Source of the DNA: an uncultured Gammaproteobacteria bacterium
GTDB taxonomy: Bacteria; Patescibacteriota; Microgenomatia; UBA8517
DNA length: 64,000 nt
Assembly (NCBI GenBank): GCA_964502815.1
Contig: CAZCXV010000001.1
Location: 7,907-71,906 of the forward strand
Direction: 5' to 3'
The first letter of the stretch is position 1, and every line of letters starts with the position of its first letter. The position numbers and the translations under genes are program-made. Shown here piece by piece: positions 1 through 6,384 of the stretch. Below the pieces are notes generated by a model. That model saw only the letters and a program-made list of their open reading frames with translations. It ran no database searches and was not told the DNA's origin.

Positions 1-94
1 TCACTCCCACAGAAGAAAGGACCAGGATACCTAAAAAAATTAGGTATACAAGGCCAATCTTACTTCTTCTTTTTTTTGGTTCAAGTATTTTCAT
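1..94 (-). CDS. 5' end (31 codons) of a small bitopic membrane protein, FtsL-like cell-division protein; truncated by window edge
   Basis: Not in the ORF track. Reverse complement of 1..94 reads ATG(94..92) MKILEPKKRRSKIGLVYLIFLGILVLSSVGV..., a basic N-terminus followed by a hydrophobic helix. It lies 8 bp downstream of rsmH in the mraZ-rsmH order, where ftsL normally sits. Confidence 0.4.
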   Translation of the reverse strand, partial: MKILEPKKRRSKIGLVYLIFLGILVLSSVGV

Positions 95-102
95 TTTTAT
101 TA

Positions 103-1008
103 TTAAATTTTTTCCACCACTCTTAAAATTGCACTTCTGGATCTTGGATTATCATTTATTTCTTCTTGGTTTGTTTTAACAGGATCTTTGGTAATTATTT
201 TTGCCAAATTCTTTTCACTCAAGTCTTTAAAGTAGGTTTTGACAATCCGGTCTTCACCTGAATGAAAGGAAATAATCACTAGTCTTCCTTGTGGCTTCAA
301 AAGCTCAAAGCTTTGTGCTAGTCCTTCTTTCAGGTTTTCAAGTTCTGTATTAACGGCAATCCGAAGAGCCATAAAGGCTTTAGTTGCAGGATTTGTTTTT
401 TGATTTTTATTTTTATGAAATTGACCGGCAAGTAAAATATCCGCAACAGAATTAATTTTTGTTTCTCTTCTAAAGTTAACAATTCTTCTAGCCAGTTTCT
501 TACCTTCAAAAGCAGTCATTCCAAGTTCAAAAAGATTAGTTAGTTGGTTTACGTCCAAACTATTAACCAAATCGGCTGCTGTCACTCCTTGGTGTTGAGG
601 ATCCAAACGCATATCTAACGGCGCATCTGGGTTTTTAAAGGAAAAACCCCTTTGACTGTCGTCAAAATGTATGCTTGAAACGCCTAAATCCATTAAAACC
701 CCATCTACTGGATAAAAAGCTTCTCTTTTGGCAATCTCAGCTATCTTTGCGAAATTTGCAGTGATGAGTTTGAATTTCGTCCGACTAAAGTCAGGCGTTG
801 GGCAAGTATTCAATAGTTTCTCTTCTGCAAATTTAAGCATTGTAGGATCCATATCTAAACCTAAAACATTTCCTCCAGCCTTAACAATCTCGGCCGAGTG
901 TCCCCCGGCTCCTACGGTTGCATCGATAAACAGTCCTTGACTTTCAATGTGCAAAAGTTCTATTACTTCTAGTAAAAGTACCGGTTTATGATAGTTGTCT
1001 TCAGTCAT
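103..1008 (-). CDS. rsmH: 16S rRNA (cytosine1402-N4)-methyltransferase RsmH (MraW)
   Basis: HKPVLLLEV...GAGGHSAEIV...GLDMDP motifs typical of RsmH. The track ORF extends to 1116, but the likely start is the Met of MTEDNYHKPVLL (ATG at 1008..1006), which gives about 301 aa. It lies immediately downstream of mraZ. Confidence 0.88.
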   Translation of the reverse strand: MTEDNYHKPVLLLEVIELLHIESQGLFIDATVGAGGHSAEIVKAGGNVLGLDMDPTMLKFAEEKLLNTCPTPDFSRTKFKLITANFAKIAEIAKREAFYPVDGVLMDLGVSSIHFDDSQRGFSFKNPDAPLDMRLDPQHQGVTAADLVNSLDVNQLTNLFELGMTAFEGKKLARRIVNFRRETKINSVADILLAGQFHKNKNQKTNPATKAFMALRIAVNTELENLKEGLAQSFELLKPQGRLVIISFHSGEDRIVKTYFKDLSEKNLAKIITKDPVKTNQEEINDNPRSRSAILRVVEKI

Positions 1009-1432
1009 TTTTCCCAATACTTTCAATGTATTCCTTAGTTGTCTTGGCCAATTCCTGCGATTTTTTATCCCAAATTTCTTTTGGCCAAATTTCAATTCTG
1101 TCCACCAATCCCACAAACATCAGTTCTTTTTGTATTCCCGCGTAGTCGGTTAAGACTTGCGGTATGACAATTCTGCCTTGGTTATCGGGCTCAGTTTCAA
1201 ATGCACTTCCCAAAATAAATCTTTCAATATCCCTAACTCCAAGACTCAAGCTTTTTACTCCTCCAGTAAGTCTTGTCAGCAGTTGATTCCAAAACTGGTT
1301 TGAAACCATTACTAAACAATCTTCATACCATTTTGCTATTACTGGACTCTCGCCAAGCTCACTCAAAAAAATTTTAGGTACAGCGACTCTTCTTTTGTCG
1401 CCTACTATGCCCAGATACGCTCCAATCAACAT
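1001..1432 (-). CDS. mraZ: Transcriptional regulator MraZ
   Basis: 143 aa with two tandem MraZ/SpoVT-AbrB-like halves. DNQGRIVIPQVLTDYAGIQKELMFVGLVDRIEIWPKEIW parallels the E. coli MraZ C-terminal half. It sits upstream of rsmH with an 8-bp overlap. Confidence 0.9.
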   Translation of the reverse strand: MLIGAYLGIVGDKRRVAVPKIFLSELGESPVIAKWYEDCLVMVSNQFWNQLLTRLTGGVKSLSLGVRDIERFILGSAFETEPDNQGRIVIPQVLTDYAGIQKELMFVGLVDRIEIWPKEIWDKKSQELAKTTKEYIESIGKND

Positions 1433-1481
1433 TTTATTTTAATTAATCCCTGGGCAGAATTATGTATGAGTAACAAGTAGT

Positions 1482-1511
1482 TTGTCACCACTTCTTACCA
1501 CTTGTCACCAT
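1482..1511 (-). promoter_or_regulatory. MraZ operator: three tandem 10-bp direct repeats (minus-strand reading ATGGTGACAA GTGGTAAGAA GTGGTGACAA) overlapping the putative mraZ promoter
   Basis: Plus strand reads TTGTCACCAC/TTCTTACCAC/TTGTCACCAT at 1482-1491, 1492-1501 and 1502-1511. Exact 10-bp periodicity with a GTGG core lies 50-80 bp upstream of the mraZ ATG (1432). The 3' box supplies a GTGACA -35-like hexamer about 18 bp from a CATAAT/ATAATT -10-like element (about 1458-1465). Confidence 0.6.
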
Positions 1512-1571
1512 TTTGATCTATTTTCACACAGCAGTCAACACCAAGTAAATCCGAAAAAAGTATGAGGTTAG

Positions 1572-1637
1572 ATAAAAAGAGAAGCTTTACTTATAAGCAA
1601 AGCTTGAGTAAAACTAAAGCAAAGCTTGGCCTTTTTT
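1572..1637 (-). terminator. Hairpin-forming cluster of three AAGCTT palindromes with flanking T-runs; putative intrinsic terminator for gene 1636..2331, insulating it from the mraZ promoter
   Basis: AAGCTTT (1582-1588) and AAAGCTT (1599-1605) form a 7-bp stem with a 10-nt loop, followed on the minus strand by CTCTTTTTATC. A third AAGCTT at 1622-1627 is followed on the plus strand by GGCCTTTTTT (1628-1637). Confidence 0.35.
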
Positions 1638-2331
1638 AACGGTAGTATATTCCCAAACTTGAAGCATTGGGGTTATCTACTTTTGTCCACTCACCTTTTG
1701 GAATACCAGTCAAACCTGTACTTTCTGTAAAGATACCGTATGGGCCTTCAGAGACTGCAGATACTTCTTTGGGTAGTCCAAAAGTATTCATGACTACAAA
1801 GAAAACTCCTTTAGGAGTTTTGTCTAAAGTGTACTTAAATTTACTATCGACAGAAGTTAATTCCTTGTCCCCTGATTGCAGATGAAAATCAGTTGCCAAT
1901 TTTCCAACCAGTTTTCCTTTTTCGTTTCTAAACCTCAAAGTGAGTGTTCCCTCTTCCACTCCCTCATCATATCTAAACTTACCTGAGGATTCTGACCCTA
2001 GTAAAAGTTCTCTTTCGATATTTGCTCCAGCTGTGTCAAGCTTAATTGTTCCAGGCACTCCTTGGGTTGACCCATCTTTGGTTTTGTAAAGAAGTTCATA
2101 ATCAAGAGATTGAGCTTTAACTTCAATGCCTGAGATATTAAGTTTCAGCCAGTGTCCGTCTTTAATTGGCGTTAAAGTTGTAACCGGTCTTTGACTCAAG
2201 GCAATTTCTGCGACAATATCTTCTTCCTCTTCAACAACTTTAGTTTTATTGCTCTTAATTACAAAAAAATAAACTCCCGAAAATACTGCTATTCCTAATA
2301 GAAAAAAAGCTATTGGCAAATATTTTTTCAT
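1636..2331 (-). CDS. Hypothetical membrane-anchored protein (N-terminal TM helix, ~200-aa extracytoplasmic domain)
   Basis: 231-aa ORF. The N-terminus YLPIAFFLLGIAVFSGVYFFVI is hydrophobic. No recognisable family. Confidence 0.55.
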   Translation of the reverse strand: MKKYLPIAFFLLGIAVFSGVYFFVIKSNKTKVVEEEEDIVAEIALSQRPVTTLTPIKDGHWLKLNISGIEVKAQSLDYELLYKTKDGSTQGVPGTIKLDTAGANIERELLLGSESSGKFRYDEGVEEGTLTLRFRNEKGKLVGKLATDFHLQSGDKELTSVDSKFKYTLDKTPKGVFFVVMNTFGLPKEVSAVSEGPYGIFTESTGLTGIPKGEWTKVDNPNASSLGIYYR

Positions 2332-2335
2332 CTAG

Positions 2336-3643
2336 TTAATTCTCTAAGTATTCACCAAGTTTGTCAACTGACACTCTTTCTTGTTTTCCAGTATCTCTAT
2401 CTCTTAGTGTCACAGTATTATCACCCAAGCTTTGATAATCAACAGTTATGCAAACAGGTGTTCCAATTTCATCTTGACTAGCATATCTTTTTCCAATATT
2501 ACCCCGGTCATCCCAAGCTACTGAAACGCCTTTTTGAAGAAGGTCTTCATAGATTTTTCTAGCTTTATCAACCAGTTCAGGTTTATTGCGCAGAAGTGGA
2601 AAAACAGCTGCTTTATAGGGAGCAAGCTTAGGGTGAAGCTTTAAATATATTCTGCCTTCCTCCTCTCTATAAGCATCCATTAAGAAAAATAAAGTTGCCC
2701 GGTCTACTCCGCCAGAAGTTTCAATTACCCAAGGAATATAGTTTTCATTAGTCTCAAGATCCATGTAAGACAGCTTATGCCTTGATAAATCCCAATCACC
2801 TCGGTGATGAATGCCTTCAAACTCTTTCCAGCCAAAAGGGGAGTTGTATTCTATATCCTCTGCAAATTTAGCATAGTGAGCTCTTTCTTTAGGTTCATGC
2901 TCTCTAAATCTTAAGTTTTCTTGTCTAATGCCCAAGCCGACATACCAGTTAAGTCTTAAATTTTTAAAATATTCAAAGGTTTCTTTAGATGCTTGGTCAT
3001 CGGGTTTGACAAAAAATTCCAACTCCATCTGCTCAAATTCTCTGCTTCTGAAAGTAAAGTTTCCCGGAGTGATTTCATTTCTGAAAGCCTTGCCAATTTG
3101 GGCAACACCAAATGGAATTTTTACTCTAGAAGAATCAACTATATTTCTAAAGTTAACAAAAACTCCTTGGGTAATTTCCCCCCTAAGGTAAGCCAGATGT
3201 TTGGGTTCAGTTACGCCAAGATATACCTCAGTCATTAAGTTAAAGGTTTTTGGCTCAGTCCAATCACTTTTCCCGTTGTGAGTTTGCTCGTGCTCTTTAA
3301 CTTTATCTTCCTGATCAGCCCTGACTCGTTGATGACAGATTTTGCATTCAATTAAGGGATCTGTAAAGGCATCCAAGTGGCCTGAAGCTTTCCAGACTTC
3401 ATTATTCATAACAATGGCAGCGTCTAAGCCTACAACATCATCACGGCCGTAAACCATAGTTTTCCACCATTCATTTTTAATATTTCTTTTTAATTCAGTT
3501 CCCAATGGACCGTAATCCCAAAAGCCTTGCAGTCCGCCATAAATTTCAGAGCCAGGAAAAATAAATCCCCTTCTTTTGGCTAAGCTGGTTATTTTACTCA
3601 TGACGTCGTCAGGCGCCAAGCTTTGCTTATCCATCAAATCCAT
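2336..3643 (-). CDS. glyQS: Glycine--tRNA ligase (alpha2 dimeric class II GlyRS)
   Basis: N-terminus ...LAKRRGFIFPGSEIYGGLQGFWDYGPLGTELKRNIKNEWW is the hallmark of glyQS-type GlyRS. The C-terminal anticodon-binding region KAAVFPL...VCITVD is present. The start may be the downstream Met of MSKITSLAK. Confidence 0.9.
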   Translation of the reverse strand: MDLMDKQSLAPDDVMSKITSLAKRRGFIFPGSEIYGGLQGFWDYGPLGTELKRNIKNEWWKTMVYGRDDVVGLDAAIVMNNEVWKASGHLDAFTDPLIECKICHQRVRADQEDKVKEHEQTHNGKSDWTEPKTFNLMTEVYLGVTEPKHLAYLRGEITQGVFVNFRNIVDSSRVKIPFGVAQIGKAFRNEITPGNFTFRSREFEQMELEFFVKPDDQASKETFEYFKNLRLNWYVGLGIRQENLRFREHEPKERAHYAKFAEDIEYNSPFGWKEFEGIHHRGDWDLSRHKLSYMDLETNENYIPWVIETSGGVDRATLFFLMDAYREEEGRIYLKLHPKLAPYKAAVFPLLRNKPELVDKARKIYEDLLQKGVSVAWDDRGNIGKRYASQDEIGTPVCITVDYQSLGDNTVTLRDRDTGKQERVSVDKLGEYLEN

Positions 3644-3661
3644 AATTAAACCAATTATACG

Positions 3662-4216
3662 CTAAAGAAGGAGTTTTTTGCCAATCCTAATCGAGGATAA
3701 ATCTCGTTCCAAAATACTTTCCAAAACTTGATCTGGATTTGGCATATCTTTTTCTTTATCCCAATAGCCCAAAGTCACTAATATTTCTCTAGTAAAGTTA
3801 TTTCTCAACTCTTTGACCTGGGTTTCTTTTTCTAGGCTTTTTAAATATTTCAACAATAAATCAAAGACTTCTTCGTGCGGCACTCCTTCATGGGTTATTT
3901 TATTTACGGTCTCCAAAAAAAAGTAAGCTACTGACAGTTTTTTAAGATTTGTTCGAAGTATCGTAAAGTTTTCTACAGTTTCAGTCTCCGTGATAACCGA
4001 CATACTTTTTCCAACAGAAGCTGAAAACCTAATATGGGAAAAGCTTTCGATGTGGCCCCTTTTTCTACTTGTTGGCTTTCTGACGCCTTTGGCAATACAG
4101 ACCACCTTGCCATGGCTTTTGGAATATAAGCTTAATATTCTGTCTGCTTCACCATACGTTTTTCGGGAAAGAATAATACCTTCGTCTTGATAACTACGCA
4201 GCTTCATGGCAAACAA
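3662..4216 (-). CDS. recO: DNA repair protein RecO (short form)
   Basis: N-terminal OB-fold region GIILSRKTYGEADRILSLYSKSHGKVVCIAKGVRKPTSRKRG matches the RecO N-terminal pattern. 184 aa. Confidence 0.7.
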   Translation of the reverse strand: MFAMKLRSYQDEGIILSRKTYGEADRILSLYSKSHGKVVCIAKGVRKPTSRKRGHIESFSHIRFSASVGKSMSVITETETVENFTILRTNLKKLSVAYFFLETVNKITHEGVPHEEVFDLLLKYLKSLEKETQVKELRNNFTREILVTLGYWDKEKDMPNPDQVLESILERDLSSIRIGKKLLL

Positions 4217-4233
4217 AGTGTAACACGAAGCAG

Positions 4234-6336
4234 TTAAATCTTAAGCTTTATTTCTTTGTCGGTATTTAGAAAGAACTCTTCTCTCTGTTTACTCAAGGTG
4301 AGAGTAGAAAGAGGCATGTCGGTTCCCGGCTGTTTTTGGATTAAGATTTTGTATTCACCTTTCATTTTTACTGGAACCATATAGGTCAGTTTTATCTTTA
4401 TAACGCCTTGGGGACGCAGGGTAAAGCCACCTGCAAAAACAGTTTTGCCCAATTCCTCATATGGTTCTACCTTTTCTTCAAAGCCTGAAATGTCAATTAG
4501 TTTTGAGCCTTTTGGCACATAAATTCTGGTCCATGTAGGAAGAGGTGAATTTAACCAACCGTCATAGCTTTGGGGGTTTTTATAGGTAATCTCAACAGTT
4601 TTTTGAACAGTACTGTCTTTTTTGATGCTTATTTCTTGGTGGATTTCAGAAGTTGCATATAGGTTCGATTTTCTACCACCAAGATTGGCGTCACTTACGT
4701 GCAGATAATCGCCATCATAATCTTTGAGTCTGCCTGCAATATTAAAGCTTTCCGCTCCTTTTTGAGCTTTCTCGTCAAACATATAAAGTAGGATATGTTT
4801 TTCAATTATTGATTTCCAACCTGCTTCAAACAAAGCCGGCAGCTTTTCTTTTGGTTGACCCAAGGCATTTGATAATACTGAATTCATCAAAGGCCCGACG
4901 ATTTTTTTTCTGTTCTCATAATTTGGCGGAGCAAAAACTATTTTAGTCGGATCATTTTCACTCCAAACAATTGCTCCTTCTTGATCGGCAAAATCCTCAA
5001 GTTCATAGACTACCTGCGGACAATTACATCTGGCGTCTGGCTCGGCGCTGAAGTTACCAAAACCAGGAACGCCAATTTGGCCGAGAACTTTTAAGATATT
5101 AACAACGACATGAGTATCGACGGCAATTATACCATCAATGTCTTTAATACCGACTGACTTTATTTCCTGCGAAAACATGTCCATACTTTCTTTAAAGTCT
5201 GGATTAAAGTTCATATCCCGAAGTCTTAAGTTGGGATTTAAGACATATGGGCCTTTGATGTAGGAGATTATTGGCTCAGGAGCTTTAATGTGTGGCTTAT
5301 AGAGCTTGTCTATATTATAAATATCATTTGAAGATGCTTGCTCAAACTTACCTTTATTAATAGAAACTAATGAATAGCCGGTCAAAAATCCACCAGTAGG
5401 CCTTAGTTCCTTGTCGTTTTGGAAAATCAGCATATATTTCCTGGGTTCATCAATGCCCAAAATATATGGTGCCGCCTCAAGTAAAGGCTTACTTGAAGAA
5501 GCCATTATTGAAGCTTGGGAAACCACGTCTTTTACTTTTTTGATATTTTCTCTAACCCTTTTACCTTTAAAAGTTTCCGGATATTTGGCAGAATCAATGT
5601 AGGATAGTTCATTATCTGCCGCTTTAGCTTTTTCAGCAATTTTGTCTATCTTTGGCGTAATGCCTTTAATAGTTTCAACAATAAATTCAATTCGGTCATT
5701 AGCTGTTTCTTGACCATCTTTAGCTTCTTCGGCTCCCTTTTTAAAACCTATAATGTCAGCATAGGGTTCGACTGCATCAACTGTAAGTTGGGCTCCCTCG
5801 ATGCCATATATACCCGCATTTATGGCGTGTGAGCCGTCAGAAATAAATGGACCTGCCCAAGGCAAAATTTTTGCCCAGGAAATTAATTTATAGGAAGATT
5901 TTAAAGAAATAAAGCTAGTCTTGGTATTGTCTAGTTCTTTTTTGACTTCGAGGATGTCCTCTTTGTCCATTGCCGTTTTCAAGACATTTACAGATTTATT
6001 TACTTTTTGAGCTTTGATGTAAACTGTATAGCCTGGAATGCCAAGGAAAATAATTAAAAGAGCTAAAATTACTCCCAAACCAATGGCAACAGGGCGTAAA
6101 ATCTTTTTTGCCTTGGTTGTAATTTGTTTTTTCTTTTCTTCAATCTGCATATCTTTTTGCACTATTACTTGATCAGTTGCCTTTTTGTCTTGAGCCGCTT
6201 GGGAATAGTTCTCCAAACCTTCTGGGTCAAGAATTGTTTTAGGTCCAGAGTCCTCCATTATAATGCTTTCACCAGTATGGGCCTGTGTATCTGGCTTTAT
6301 CTCTGGAATATCAATATTGTTGGAATCTTCAGGCAT
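4234..6336 (-). CDS. Large single-pass membrane protein with a DUF4012-like extracytoplasmic domain
   Basis: 700 aa. A cytoplasmic acidic N-terminus of about 90 aa precedes one TM helix (ILRPVAIGLGVILALLIIFLGIPGYTVYI) and a large outer domain containing the segment YMLIFQNDKELRPTGGFLTGYSL. That segment is reminiscent of the conserved core of DUF4012 envelope proteins. The family call is from memory. Confidence 0.6.
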   Translation of the reverse strand: MPEDSNNIDIPEIKPDTQAHTGESIIMEDSGPKTILDPEGLENYSQAAQDKKATDQVIVQKDMQIEEKKKQITTKAKKILRPVAIGLGVILALLIIFLGIPGYTVYIKAQKVNKSVNVLKTAMDKEDILEVKKELDNTKTSFISLKSSYKLISWAKILPWAGPFISDGSHAINAGIYGIEGAQLTVDAVEPYADIIGFKKGAEEAKDGQETANDRIEFIVETIKGITPKIDKIAEKAKAADNELSYIDSAKYPETFKGKRVRENIKKVKDVVSQASIMASSSKPLLEAAPYILGIDEPRKYMLIFQNDKELRPTGGFLTGYSLVSINKGKFEQASSNDIYNIDKLYKPHIKAPEPIISYIKGPYVLNPNLRLRDMNFNPDFKESMDMFSQEIKSVGIKDIDGIIAVDTHVVVNILKVLGQIGVPGFGNFSAEPDARCNCPQVVYELEDFADQEGAIVWSENDPTKIVFAPPNYENRKKIVGPLMNSVLSNALGQPKEKLPALFEAGWKSIIEKHILLYMFDEKAQKGAESFNIAGRLKDYDGDYLHVSDANLGGRKSNLYATSEIHQEISIKKDSTVQKTVEITYKNPQSYDGWLNSPLPTWTRIYVPKGSKLIDISGFEEKVEPYEELGKTVFAGGFTLRPQGVIKIKLTYMVPVKMKGEYKILIQKQPGTDMPLSTLTLSKQREEFFLNTDKEIKLKI

Positions 6337-6384
6337 TAGACTAATTGTAGAGGAAATTTAAAAAGAAAGAAACTTCATCTTGTT

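Noticed and set aside
728-940. Plus-strand ORFs nested antisense inside minus-strand genes. These are 728-940, 1667-1885, 2928-3191, 2993-3238, 3990-4190, 5411-5602, 6124-6339, 7437-7655, 8117-8329, 9005-9238 and 10409-10633. Most of the other small ORFs under 130 aa in the track are of the same kind.
   Set aside because: Each lies entirely within a longer opposite-strand or other-frame ORF that has clear family signatures. AT-rich DNA generates many such shadow ORFs. None shows a recognisable motif.
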